Shown: positions 39,887-49,456 of the stretch, one piece after another | How the letters are laid out: every line of letters starts with the position of its first letter | How positions within the stretch are numbered: position 1 is the stretch's first letter | Source of the DNA: Chromatiales bacterium | GTDB lineage: Bacteria; Pseudomonadota; Gammaproteobacteria; SZUA-140 | Length of the DNA: 64,000 nt | NCBI GenBank assembly: GCA_050486285.1 | Contig: JBJHCZ010000011.1 | Span: 737 to 64,736, forward strand | Direction: 5' to 3' | Position numbers and translations under genes: made by a program | The notes under the pieces: generated by a model | Seen by the model: only the letters and a program-made list of their open reading frames with translations | What the model was told of the DNA's origin: nothing | The model's database searches: none

Positions 39887-42505
39887 TCAGCTCCACGGCA
39901 GTTTCAGTGCCTGCCCCTGCGGGAAGCGCGCGAAGGCCTCGGCCGGCAGCGGGCGCGCGAGATGGAATCCCTGGGCGAGATCGCAGCCGTGGGCGCGCAG
40001 GAACTCGAGCTGGGCGCCGGTCTCGACGCCCTCCGCGATCGTCTTCTGGCCGAGCGCATGCGCCATGCCGATGATCGCGAGCACGACGACGGTGGCGTCG
40101 TTACTGAGCGGGATGTCGCTGACGAAGGAGCGGTCGATCTTGACGTGATCGACCGGAAAGCGCCGCAGATAGCTGAGGCTCGAATAGCCGGTGCCGAAGT
40201 CGTCGATCGAAATCTGCACTCCCATGTCGTTCAGTTCGCGCAGCGCCGACACGATCGCGGCATTGTCGGCCAGCAGGCTTTCGGTGATCTCCAGCACCAG
40301 GCAGCGGGGGTCGAATCCCGTATCGGCGGCGACCCGCCTGACGAGGCCGCCGAAGTCCCTGCCGTGGAACTGTCGGGTCGAGACATTGACCGCGATATTC
40401 TCCAGCGGCAAGCCCTCGTCTCGCCAGCGCACGAACTGCGCCGCGGCCTCGCGCAATACCCACGCCCCGATGTCGCCGATGATGCCGGTCTCCTCTGCGA
40501 GCGGGATGAACTCGGCCGGCGACACCTCCCCGCGGCGGGGATGACGCCAGCGTATCAGGGCCTCGACGCTGACGAAGGCGCCGGTGGCGAGATCCATGAT
40601 CGGTTGATAAAGCAGATGAAACTGCCCCTGATCCAGCGCCCGGTGCAGATCCCGTTCGAGGTCGAGTCGATGGCGCACGCGGGCCGTCATCTCCGCGGTA
40701 TGAAACTGGCAGGTATTGCCGCCCTGCTCCTTCGCGCGGTACATCGCGATATCGGCATTGCGCAACAGCCCGTCGACATCGCTGTCATCCAGCGGATAGA
40801 TCGTCATGCCCATACTCATGCCGACCGTAAAGTCGTAGCCGGCGATATGGAACGGCTCGGCGAAACAGCCGAGGATCTTCTGCGCGACCTGCGCCGCGTC
40901 CTCGGCCCGCGCCATGTCGGTCAGGATCAGCGTGAACTCGTCGCCGCCGAGACGGGCGACGGTATCGTCCTCGCGCACGGCGTTACGCAGCCGCTCGGCG
41001 ACCGCTGCCAGCAGCATGTCGCCGGCGGCGTGACCGAGGCTGTCATTGATGGTCTTGAAACGATCGAGGTCGAGAAAGGCGACGCCGAGCAGGCGGCCGT
41101 GGCGATCTGCCTCCAGGAGGCCCTGGTTCAGGCGGTCGCGCACCAGCACCCGGTTCGGCAGCCCGGTCAATACATCGTGATGGGCGAGATAATGCAGGCG
41201 ATCCTCCATGCGCTTGCGCTGGATCACCGTGCCGAGCTGACCGGCGACCAGCGCCAGCAGCTTGCGCATGCGGTCCTCGCTGGCACGCGGCGCGCGGGTG
41301 AAGAACTCGAGGATTGCGATCGCCTGTTCACCGGCAAAGACCGGCGCGGCGACGCCCGAGCGGTAGCCGGCCTCCCGGGCATGGGAGGTGCGCGGAAAGG
41401 CATCGGCATCATCGAGCTCGCGCATCCAGATGACGCCGCCGGCCTGCCATGCCCTGCCCGGCAGACCCTCGCCCGGCGCGAAGCGGAAACCGAGACTCGC
41501 GCTGCGCAGCGCATCATCACCCGGCTCGCGCTGATACCAGGCCGTGCTGCACTCGAGGTGTCGGCCCTCGTTGTCGGGCAGCCATGCCTGCCCCAGATCC
41601 CACTGGATGACCTCGCAGACCCGTTTCAGGGTGATCTCCAGCGCCGCGTGCAGGCTCTCGGACTGCGCCGCCAGCAATGACACGCTCTCGAGCAGCCGCA
41701 GCTCCTCCTCCGCCTGCTTGCGCTCGGTGATATCGCGCAGGATCAGCGTGTACCGGGGCTGCCCGTTCATCGTCCAGACCGAGACGCTGATCTCGGCCGG
41801 AAACGGCGCGCCGTTGCGGCGACGCGCGATGATTTCCCGGTATTCGCCGCCCTCGCCCGCCGCCACGCCGCCGGGATCCGACGGAATCGGCAGACACTCC
41901 GCGACCCCGAGCGCCAGCAGCATCTCGATGCCGCGGCCGGTCACCTCCTCGTGACGCCAGCCAAAGATGCGTTCCGCGCCGCGATTGAAGACATCGATGC
42001 GGCGCTCCGCATCGATGACGATGATCGCATCGACGGCCATGGTCAGGATCTGGCTGATGCGGAACTCGCTGGCGCGATGCTGGGCCTCGACCCGGATATA
42101 GTCGCGCTTGATCGCGGCGTCGTGAACCTCGCGCCTGATCGCCGGCGCGAGACGCTTGAGATTGCCCTTGATGATGTAGTCCTGGGCGCCGGACTGCATC
42201 GCCTCGACCGCGGCGTCCTCGCCCATCGTCCCGGAGACAAAGATGAACGGCATGTCGAGACCGCGGCGGCGTATCATCGCCAGGGCCTCGGCGCCGGAAA
42301 AGCCGGGCATCGAGTAATCACCGATGACGACCTCCCAGCCGCCATCGTCGAGGGCGCGATCGAGATCGACGGCATTGTCGACGCGCTGGTGGGTGACCTG
42401 ATAGCCGTTGCGCTCGAGCTCCCGGCACAGCAGCAGGACGTCGTCTTCCGAATCCTCGACGATCAGGACACGAATCGGAGTGTTGCCGTCAACGCTCATA
42501 TCCAT
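39887..42505 (-). CDS. Response-regulator receiver-PAS-GAF-GGDEF-EAL multidomain c-di-GMP turnover protein
   Basis: REC domain with phospho-acceptor Asp (VVIGDYSMPG). PAS and GAF blocks. GGDEF (RLGGDEF) and EAL (EITES, DDFGTGYSS) motifs all present. 872 aa. Confidence 0.85.
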   Translation of the reverse strand: MDMSVDGNTPIRVLIVEDSEDDVLLLCRELERNGYQVTHQRVDNAVDLDRALDDGGWEVVIGDYSMPGFSGAEALAMIRRRGLDMPFIFVSGTMGEDAAVEAMQSGAQDYIIKGNLKRLAPAIRREVHDAAIKRDYIRVEAQHRASEFRISQILTMAVDAIIVIDAERRIDVFNRGAERIFGWRHEEVTGRGIEMLLALGVAECLPIPSDPGGVAAGEGGEYREIIARRRNGAPFPAEISVSVWTMNGQPRYTLILRDITERKQAEEELRLLESVSLLAAQSESLHAALEITLKRVCEVIQWDLGQAWLPDNEGRHLECSTAWYQREPGDDALRSASLGFRFAPGEGLPGRAWQAGGVIWMRELDDADAFPRTSHAREAGYRSGVAAPVFAGEQAIAILEFFTRAPRASEDRMRKLLALVAGQLGTVIQRKRMEDRLHYLAHHDVLTGLPNRVLVRDRLNQGLLEADRHGRLLGVAFLDLDRFKTINDSLGHAAGDMLLAAVAERLRNAVREDDTVARLGGDEFTLILTDMARAEDAAQVAQKILGCFAEPFHIAGYDFTVGMSMGMTIYPLDDSDVDGLLRNADIAMYRAKEQGGNTCQFHTAEMTARVRHRLDLERDLHRALDQGQFHLLYQPIMDLATGAFVSVEALIRWRHPRRGEVSPAEFIPLAEETGIIGDIGAWVLREAAAQFVRWRDEGLPLENIAVNVSTRQFHGRDFGGLVRRVAADTGFDPRCLVLEITESLLADNAAIVSALRELNDMGVQISIDDFGTGYSSLSYLRRFPVDHVKIDRSFVSDIPLSNDATVVVLAIIGMAHALGQKTIAEGVETGAQLEFLRAHGCDLAQGFHLARPLPAEAFARFPQGQALKLPWS

Positions 42506-42770
42506 CGGTGATCCCTGCGCTGTCAGTCGTCCCGGACTTGCGCGTCTGCAAGGGATATCGGCCGGGCCAGCGCGGTCTTGCGCGCCCGGGCGCCTGGCGG
42601 AGCGGGGTCACGCCCTCCGGCAACGCCGTCGGCAACGCAACCTGCTTCAGGCTATGTCTGACCCTCGCGCGCTGTCAAGCGGCGGCGCCTGCCTGCCGGG
42701 GCGGAATATGCGATAATGACGCCGCATCGAGGGGCGGCATCCGCCCCGGTCAACCAGCGGAAGAAATCGG

Positions 42771-42935
42771 ATGAGCGAAGAAATCAAATCCCCCTGCATC
42801 AGCGTCTGCCTGTTCGACGAAGGCATCTGTACCGGCTGCGGCATGACCGAAGACGAGTCGAACAAGTGGCGAAAATTCACCGACGAGGAAAAGATCAAGG
42901 TGCTCCAGCGCCTCGGTAAGTGGCCACCGCAATAA
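42771..42935 (+). CDS. DUF1289-like small Cys-rich protein (54 aa), not in the ORF track
   Basis: MSEEIKSPCISVCLFDEGICTGCGMTEDE.. carries the CxxxC...CxGC pattern of DUF1289 putative Fe-S proteins. Confidence 0.45.
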   Translation: MSEEIKSPCISVCLFDEGICTGCGMTEDESNKWRKFTDEEKIKVLQRLGKWPPQ

Positions 42936-42969
42936 CCCCCTCCCGGGGCGCCCCGACAGCGGCGCGCTC

Positions 42970-44883
42970 ATGACCGTCCTCACCCTCAGCCAGGTCTCGC
43001 TGGCCTATGGCCACAAGCCGCTGCTCGACCATGTCGATTTCCAGATCGCGAGCGGCGAGCGCGTCTGCCTGATCGGACGAAACGGCACCGGAAAGTCGAC
43101 GCTGTTCCGCGTCATCAGCGGCGTCGCCGAAGCGGATGACGGCGAGATCTGGCGCAAGGACACGCTGCGCATCTCCCACCTCGAACAGGACGTGCCGGAA
43201 GACGGTCACGACACCCTTTACGATGTCGTCGCCGGCGGCCTCGGCCAGGTCGGCGAGGTGCTCGCGGAATACCATCGCTGCGCGATCGGCACCCCCGGCA
43301 CGCGCGACCACGACGGCACCCTGATGCGACTCGCGGCCTTGCAGCAGCACATCGAGGCGCTCGACGGCTGGAACATCGAACAGCGCGTCGCAACCGCGCT
43401 GACCCGGCTTGCGCTACCGGCGGATCGCCCGATCGCCGCCTGCTCGGGCGGCGTCCGCCGCCGCGCCCTGCTCGCCCGCGCGCTGGTCAGCGAGCCCGAC
43501 CTGCTGCTGCTCGACGAGCCGACCAACCACATGGACATCGAGGCGATCGGCTGGCTCGAGGAATACCTGCTGGGATTCCGCGGCGCGCTGATGTTCATCA
43601 CCCACGACCGCACGCTGGCGCGCCACTTGTCGACCCGTATCATCGAGCTCGACCGCGGTCGACTGACTTCCTTCCCCGGCGACTACGACACCTGGCTGCG
43701 GCGCAAGGACGAGATGCTCGAGGCCGAGGCGAAGGCACATGCCGAATTCGATCGCAAGCTCGCGGAACACGAGGCCTGGATACGTCAGGGCATCAAGGCG
43801 CGGCGCACGCGCAATGAAGGCCGCGTAAGAAAGCTCCTCGCAATGCGCACCGAGCACGCCGAACGGCGCGAACGCGCCGGCACGGTCAGTTTCAGCGTCG
43901 ACAGCGGCGACTCCCCGGGACGTCGCGTCGTCGACCTGCGCCATGTCAGCTTCCACTTCGACAGCCAGTGCGTGATCCGCGACCTGTCGACGACGATCAT
44001 GCGCGGCGACCGTATCGGCATCATCGGCCCGAACGGCTGCGGCAAGAGTACGCTGCTGAAACTCATCCTCGGCGAGTTGCAGCCCGACTCCGGCGAGGTC
44101 GTGCACGGCAGCCGCCTGCAGATCGCGTACTTCGACCAGCACCGGGAACTGCTCGATCCCGGCAAGACCGTACGCGAGAACATCAGTGGCGGCAGTGACT
44201 ACGTCAGCGTGCGCGGCAGTTCGCGGCACGTCATCGGCTATCTGAAGGATTTCCTGTTCCCGCCCGATCGCGTCGATTCTCCGGTCAGGATCCTGTCCGG
44301 CGGCGAGCGCAACCGTCTCCTGCTCGCGCGTCTGTTCACGAAACCGGCGAACATGATGGTGCTCGACGAACCGACCAACGATCTCGACGTCGATACCCTG
44401 GAACTGCTCGAGGATCTGCTCGCCGACTACGACGGCACCCTGCTGCTGGTCAGTCACGATCGTGCCTTCCTCGACAACGTCGTCACCGCGACGCTCGCCT
44501 TCGAGGGTAACGGCCGGGTCGGCGAATACGTCGGCGGCTACGAGGACTGGATCAGACAACGGCCGTCGGCGCCGCCGCCGATGCTGCCCGCCACCGGCGC
44601 CCAGACGGTCCACGATACGCCGAAGTCCGCGCCGGCCAGGGCCAAACCGGCGCGCGAACGCAAACTCGGTTTTCGCGAGCGCGAGGAACTCGCCGCGTTG
44701 CCGGCGCGGATCGAACTGCTCGAGGGTGAGCAGCAGGAGATAGAGGCCGCAATCGCCGGGCGGGATTTCTACCAGCAGGACAAGGACGCGATCACCTCGA
44801 CCCTGATGCGCCTGGAACAGGTCAAGGAAGAACTCGAGCACGCCTATGCACGCTGGGAGGCGCTGGACGCGCGCGATCGCTGA
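42970..44883 (+). CDS. uup: ABC-F family ATPase (Uup-like)
   Basis: Two ABC cassettes (GRNGTGKST; GPNGCGKST) separated by a linker, plus a C-terminal coiled-coil/DNA-binding tail. 637 aa. Confidence 0.75.
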   Translation: MTVLTLSQVSLAYGHKPLLDHVDFQIASGERVCLIGRNGTGKSTLFRVISGVAEADDGEIWRKDTLRISHLEQDVPEDGHDTLYDVVAGGLGQVGEVLAEYHRCAIGTPGTRDHDGTLMRLAALQQHIEALDGWNIEQRVATALTRLALPADRPIAACSGGVRRRALLARALVSEPDLLLLDEPTNHMDIEAIGWLEEYLLGFRGALMFITHDRTLARHLSTRIIELDRGRLTSFPGDYDTWLRRKDEMLEAEAKAHAEFDRKLAEHEAWIRQGIKARRTRNEGRVRKLLAMRTEHAERRERAGTVSFSVDSGDSPGRRVVDLRHVSFHFDSQCVIRDLSTTIMRGDRIGIIGPNGCGKSTLLKLILGELQPDSGEVVHGSRLQIAYFDQHRELLDPGKTVRENISGGSDYVSVRGSSRHVIGYLKDFLFPPDRVDSPVRILSGGERNRLLLARLFTKPANMMVLDEPTNDLDVDTLELLEDLLADYDGTLLLVSHDRAFLDNVVTATLAFEGNGRVGEYVGGYEDWIRQRPSAPPPMLPATGAQTVHDTPKSAPARAKPARERKLGFREREELAALPARIELLEGEQQEIEAAIAGRDFYQQDKDAITSTLMRLEQVKEELEHAYARWEALDARDR

Positions 44884-44907
44884 GGGCGGTTGGCAGCCTG
44901 CTGCAAT

Positions 44908-44980
44908 GGGGTCAGAGTCGTTTGATCGAAATGCATCCGTCGAAATTGATTTTACCCGGGGTCAAACCACTCTGACCCCC
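44908..44980. repeat. REP-like palindromic element, copy B (degenerate right arm)
   Basis: GGGGTCAGAGTCGTTTGATC ... GGTCAAACCACTCTGACCCC, between the convergent uup and sprT 3' ends. Confidence 0.55.
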
Positions 44981-45007
44981 GAGACCACAGACGTGTTCAG
45001 CAGCCTG

Positions 45008-45526
45008 TTAGCGAAGCAGTGTGAGCCGCGTCCCGCAGCGGCGGCAGTGGTAACGCGCGTCCTCGTTCAGGATGCGACGATGGCGGCGTGTCGTCAGTTC
45101 ATGGGCCGCGCAGTCGCAGCGATAGGCATACCGGCGCTGCGCGCGCAGCGGTATGCCGTCGAGGTCATAAGCAGCGCCGGCGGCGGGATCGATACCGAAC
45201 GCCGCCATGACCGACCGCCACTCCGGACCATGGGGACGCAGGCGCCGCGGGCGGTGCAGACAGTCGGCGACATAGTGCGCGACCTCGTGCGGCACCGTGA
45301 TTTCGAGATTGTCGCGCGGATACTTCGCGAACAGCCACGGGTTGTAACGGAACTCCCGCTGCCCTCCGCGGACGCGATACATGCCGGCGGCGCGCCCGCG
45401 CAGGTCGAACAGCACCGGCAACATCTCGAAGTCTCGCCGCCAGATGACTGCGGCCCTCAGCAGCCAGTCGCGGGTCGCGGCGATCACTGCTTCGCGCCCG
45501 GCGGCGCCGATCGGCTCGATCGTCAA
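45008..45526 (-). CDS. sprT: SprT-family zinc metalloprotease-like protein
   Basis: ..FDLRGRAAGMYR.. and HEVAHY (HExxH) followed by CxxC..CRRCG zinc ribbon. Only the 3' ~173 codons of track ORF 45008-46150 are supported. TTG start inferred. Confidence 0.55.
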   Translation of the reverse strand: MTIEPIGAAGREAVIAATRDWLLRAAVIWRRDFEMLPVLFDLRGRAAGMYRVRGGQREFRYNPWLFAKYPRDNLEITVPHEVAHYVADCLHRPRRLRPHGPEWRSVMAAFGIDPAAGAAYDLDGIPLRAQRRYAYRCDCAAHELTTRRHRRILNEDARYHCRRCGTRLTLLR

Positions 45527-47196
45527 TTGCCGCCCCCGCCGCCGGCCATATGCACCGTCAGCTGATTGAACGGGATGACCCAGCCATGGCGGTTGCAGGA
45601 CTCGACGGCGAGGCGCTGCATCAGGCGCTGGATGCGAAAATATCGGTCGGCGGCACCCCCGGCGAAGCCGGCGATCAGGAGCAGGTTCAGGGAGGAATCG
45701 CCGGCCTTCGCGAACTCGACATTGAAATGAAGCAGGTGCTCGCCGACATCGCTCTCCCTGAGTCCCGCGCCCACCTCTTCCGCCATGCGCTCGCGGATCG
45801 TCGTCGTGATTGCGGCCTGGTGGCTGTAGTCGAGCCCGAACTCGACGGTGAGGACAAAGCCGCCGGACAGCACCCGCGGCGCAAGCCCGAGGAAGTCCCG
45901 GGTCGCGAAACTCTTGATGCTGCCGAGCACCTGCAGCTGCACGCGCTCGGGCGTCTGCGCGACGATGCGACCGAAGGTGCCGTCCGAAAGCAGCAGCCAG
46001 TCGCCGAGGTCGGCGGGGAACCACGACTCGTCGGCCTCGTAGCGGCGCGAGACATGATCGACCAGCATGCGCAACGGCAGGGTCTGCACACCGCCCTGCA
46101 GTTTCGGGTTCTCCAGCGTCGCGTACATGCCGAGCGTGCGGATACGCCACGGCAGGCCGTCGTAGATGATGCGCTCCCCTTCCCTGACCGGACCGAGGTT
46201 CAGCATCAGTCGCGCCTCGGTCAGAAATCTCGGCAATGAACGCTGCGCCGCGAGCGCCGCGCCGGCCAGCAGGATCAACAGCAGGCCCAGCAACAGCCAG
46301 TCGCCGCGGACGTAGAACACCGCCATGCCGGACAACAGGACGATGATCGTCGTGAACAGGTAGAACAGCAGGTTGCCGACCCGCGCCGGGAACACGCCGC
46401 TCTCCCGCGCGCGCCGCATGACCTGGCGATCGTAGAGGCGTGCCAGCGCGCGCATGCCGAGGTAGACGAACAGCATCACGAGGATCGCGATGAACAGGTT
46501 CAGCACGCGTCCCGACAACAGCGTCTGCAGGCGGTCGAGCGGGTCCTGCTGCGCGGCCGGCGGCGCCAGCACCTGCTGCATCTCGATCTCGACCAGGTTC
46601 AGGCGATTGCGGGCCTCCTGGTAGCGCCGTTGCCAGCGTTGCTCGAGCGTCGAGAAGGCCTCCCGGAGATGGTCGGAGGGCGCATGCTCGCGATTGCGCT
46701 CGATGTTGCGCAAGGCGGTCTCCGCGGCGTCGACACGTTCCTGATAATAGGCCTGCTCATTGCGCAAGCGCTCGAGCCTGCGCGGACGTTCGGTCAGGCG
46801 ACGCAGCTCCAGCAGTACCGGCTCGAATACCGATTGAAGCTCATCGCGCCAGTCGAACGCGGTCTCGGTGCGCACGCCGAACAACCCGAGGTCGACGCTC
46901 TCGGTTGCGAGCAGTTCGAGCGCCGTCTGCAGCGACTCGAGATCCTGCACACGCTGCTCGATCTCGCGCGACAGCCGCGCCTGCTCGCGCTCGTTGTCGG
47001 TCTCGCGCAGCTCCTGGCGCAGTTCTCGCAGATCGGCACGCATCGCGTCCATCGTCTCTACGAGGATCTCGAGATGGCGCCAGCTCTCGGGGGTACGAGT
47101 TTCAGGCGTAGCCTGCGCGACAGCGATTGCGGGCAGCGACCATGCCGCCAGCAACAGCATCAGCAGCCACAGACCACGCCGATTCATCGCAAGCAC
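45523..47196 (-). CDS. Mechanosensitive ion channel family protein (MscS-like) with a periplasmic coiled-coil N-domain
   Basis: Signal peptide, ~200-aa coiled-coil, three TM helices and an MscS beta-domain (..GDWLLLSDGTFGRIV..). 557 aa. Confidence 0.7.
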   Translation of the reverse strand: MLAMNRRGLWLLMLLLAAWSLPAIAVAQATPETRTPESWRHLEILVETMDAMRADLRELRQELRETDNEREQARLSREIEQRVQDLESLQTALELLATESVDLGLFGVRTETAFDWRDELQSVFEPVLLELRRLTERPRRLERLRNEQAYYQERVDAAETALRNIERNREHAPSDHLREAFSTLEQRWQRRYQEARNRLNLVEIEMQQVLAPPAAQQDPLDRLQTLLSGRVLNLFIAILVMLFVYLGMRALARLYDRQVMRRARESGVFPARVGNLLFYLFTTIIVLLSGMAVFYVRGDWLLLGLLLILLAGAALAAQRSLPRFLTEARLMLNLGPVREGERIIYDGLPWRIRTLGMYATLENPKLQGGVQTLPLRMLVDHVSRRYEADESWFPADLGDWLLLSDGTFGRIVAQTPERVQLQVLGSIKSFATRDFLGLAPRVLSGGFVLTVEFGLDYSHQAAITTTIRERMAEEVGAGLRESDVGEHLLHFNVEFAKAGDSSLNLLLIAGFAGGAADRYFRIQRLMQRLAVESCNRHGWVIPFNQLTVHMAGGGGGN

Positions 47197-47205
47197 TCCG
47201 GTTCG

Positions 47206-48684
47206 TCACGTCTGTCGTACAAGCGCGTGCTCCAGTCGATTGCACCAGTTGCGCAGCACCGTGACACGCGCATGGCGCTTGTCCTCGGCGGCGACGAGGT
47301 TCCACGGCGCCACCGCGGTGTCGGTCTGCGCGAGCATCTGTTCGACCGCGGCGATGTAGTCATCGCGGCGCTCGCGGTTGCGCCAATCGTCGTCGGTCAG
47401 CTTGTGCCGCTTCCAGGCCACGCGCTCGCGATCCTGAAATCGCTTCAACTGCTCGCCGGCGCTGACATGCAGCCAGTACTTGGCCAGCACGATGCCGTGA
47501 TCGACGAGCCGGGCCTCGAAGTCATTGATCTCGTCGTAGGCCCGCCGCCATTCATGCTCCCCGGCAAGCCCCTCGACGCGCTCGACCAGCACGCGACCGT
47601 ACCACGAGCGATCATACACGGTCAGGAACCCCGCGCGCGGCAGTTGACGCCAGAAGCGCCACAGATAATGCCGGCTGCGTTCGACCTCGTTCGGCGCGCC
47701 GACCTGCATGACCCGGTACAGGCGCGCATCGATCGGCGCAACCAGCCGGCGGATGATGCCGCCCTTGCCGGCGGCATCCCAGCCCTCGAAGACCGCGACG
47801 CAGGGGATGCCGGCCGACCAGGCCCGCCAGGCGAGAGTGGTCAAGCGTGACTGCCAGCGTTTCAGGTCGCGCTTGTAGACGTCTTCCGACAGACTCGTGC
47901 CGAGATCCACGCGCGAGAGCGCGGATGATCCGGGTTTGTTCACACACCCGGCTTCCACGGCGTCGCGCGCTGCCGCGGTTTCGTCCGCCCGGCGCGCCAT
48001 CGCATCGAGCAGGATAGTTCCGGCCCCGAGATCGCGGGCACGATCGTCATGCGCGTCGATACGATGCCAGGGACTGGGATCACTGTCGGTGAGCGCGAGC
48101 AGGCGGTCGGCGGCTTCGGTGAATAATCCGAACTGGCGCTTGCCCCTGCCCTCCGCGGCATGCCCGCGCAGGTAGCGCTGGATCTCACGGCGACGGCGCA
48201 TGCGCTGCTCATGAACCTCGCGATCGAGGTGCAGCCACAACTTGACGAGCGACAGGCCGTCGGCGACCAGCATGCGTTCGTGCGCGGCGATCCGCCGTGC
48301 CTCGCGCTCGAGATCCGCATCCCCGATCTCGCGGCGAACACGCCGGTACAGCGGCATCCAGTACCAGGCGCCGAACATGATCGCGATAGTGCCGCGCGGC
48401 GGTAGCCGGCGCCAGAAGCGCCACATCCATGGCCGTTCGCGTTCCTCGTCGCTGTCGGCCCAGAAACCGTGGGTCTCGACGCCGCGGGCGTCGAACCATT
48501 GATTGAGGCGGTCGGCGAGTTCGCCCTTGCCGCCGCCCTCCGGGCCGGCAATGATGATCAGCGTCGCGACGCCGGCCTCGCGCAGCGCGCGCTGGCGTTC
48601 CAGCAGGGCCGGCCACAATTCGGCTTCGCGGGCCAGGAATGCCTCGCGTGAGACTGCCGGGGCTGATTTACTTGATCGGGACAT
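47206..48684 (-). CDS. Two-domain polyphosphate kinase 2 family protein (polyphosphate:AMP/nucleotide phosphotransferase-like)
   Basis: Two tandem PPK2 domains, each with a P-loop (GPEGGGKG; EGWDAAGKGG) and the WY..R lid motif. 492 aa. Confidence 0.85.
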   Translation of the reverse strand: MSRSSKSAPAVSREAFLAREAELWPALLERQRALREAGVATLIIIAGPEGGGKGELADRLNQWFDARGVETHGFWADSDEERERPWMWRFWRRLPPRGTIAIMFGAWYWMPLYRRVRREIGDADLEREARRIAAHERMLVADGLSLVKLWLHLDREVHEQRMRRRREIQRYLRGHAAEGRGKRQFGLFTEAADRLLALTDSDPSPWHRIDAHDDRARDLGAGTILLDAMARRADETAAARDAVEAGCVNKPGSSALSRVDLGTSLSEDVYKRDLKRWQSRLTTLAWRAWSAGIPCVAVFEGWDAAGKGGIIRRLVAPIDARLYRVMQVGAPNEVERSRHYLWRFWRQLPRAGFLTVYDRSWYGRVLVERVEGLAGEHEWRRAYDEINDFEARLVDHGIVLAKYWLHVSAGEQLKRFQDRERVAWKRHKLTDDDWRNRERRDDYIAAVEQMLAQTDTAVAPWNLVAAEDKRHARVTVLRNWCNRLEHALVRQT

Positions 48685-48749
48685 GTCACACGCTGGTTAG
48701 CGACCGGCCGGGACCCGAAGGCCCCGGCACGGCTGTGACGGTCATTGTG

Positions 48750-49127
48750 TCAGATGTACGCGATGTGCGAAACGTCGGCCATGAAGTGGCGGTAGTCGCA
48801 GGTCAGCTCGTCATCGGGATGGATGTCGCGAGTCGCCCAGCCCACGCCGACCTCGCTGAAGTCGACATTCGGCTCGCGCGAATGGTTCATGTACTTGCCC
48901 ATCGTCGATTCGTAGTACAGCAGGCCGCTCTGCTCGGGCTGATAGAGATGGATTTCGATTTCCTCGCGAACCGACGGCGGCAGTTTCTCGAACTCCTCCT
49001 CGGTGAAGCAGATATCGAACAGCGGGTTGAACTCCCAGACCTTGGCGCCCTGCGGGATAAAGCCCGACGCGAACACGCCGAAGCCCTGGATCGAACTCTT
49101 GTCGAGATAGGTCGGAACGATAATCAT
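48750..49127 (-). CDS. SET-domain protein (putative protein-lysine methyltransferase)
   Basis: 125 aa with NHSREPN and a C-terminal ..CDY.. segment matching the SET-domain core (NHSCxPN ... Y). Confidence 0.65.
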   Translation of the reverse strand: MIIVPTYLDKSSIQGFGVFASGFIPQGAKVWEFNPLFDICFTEEEFEKLPPSVREEIEIHLYQPEQSGLLYYESTMGKYMNHSREPNVDFSEVGVGWATRDIHPDDELTCDYRHFMADVSHIAYI

Positions 49128-49208
49128 GGGACTCCTTGCCGATGATCATTGGGTGGGGCGAAAATTCCGCCTGATGTTTACAGCAAGCCCGAGGCCACGT
49201 CAATGGCC

Positions 49209-49417
49209 GCGCGTCGTTCCGTTTCGCGGACACCCGACGCTGGTAACGGCGGTATTCGGACCCGGGCCGGCCATGTCTTTTCAGGACCGCCATGAACCCA
49301 TCCCTGGGGGCTGCCTGCGAGACATCCTGTCTCGCAGGCTCCTGAAAAGACATGGCCGGCCCGGGTCCTCCTGATGTCTCGTGCCGGTCGGGTGTCCGCG
49401 AAACGGAACGACGCGAT
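49209..49417. repeat. Nested-palindrome element copy 1: conserved 55-nt core hairpin inside two tiers of unique inverted repeats
   Basis: Outer arms (~31 nt) / 17-nt spacers / middle arms (~29 nt) / core ccgccatgaacccatccctgggggctgcctGCGAGACAtccTGTCTCGCaggc. The core is 53/55 identical to 54339-54391. The arms differ but remain complementary. Confidence 0.6.
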
Positions 49418-49456
49418 CGCTTGACAAGACCGGCGGCCGGGCGCATATAGCCCGCG

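Noticed and set aside
45008-46150. 380-aa ORF read as a single protein
   Set aside because: Upstream of the SprT-like domain it runs antisense through the MscS-like gene with low-complexity translation. Only the 3' ~173 codons are supported.
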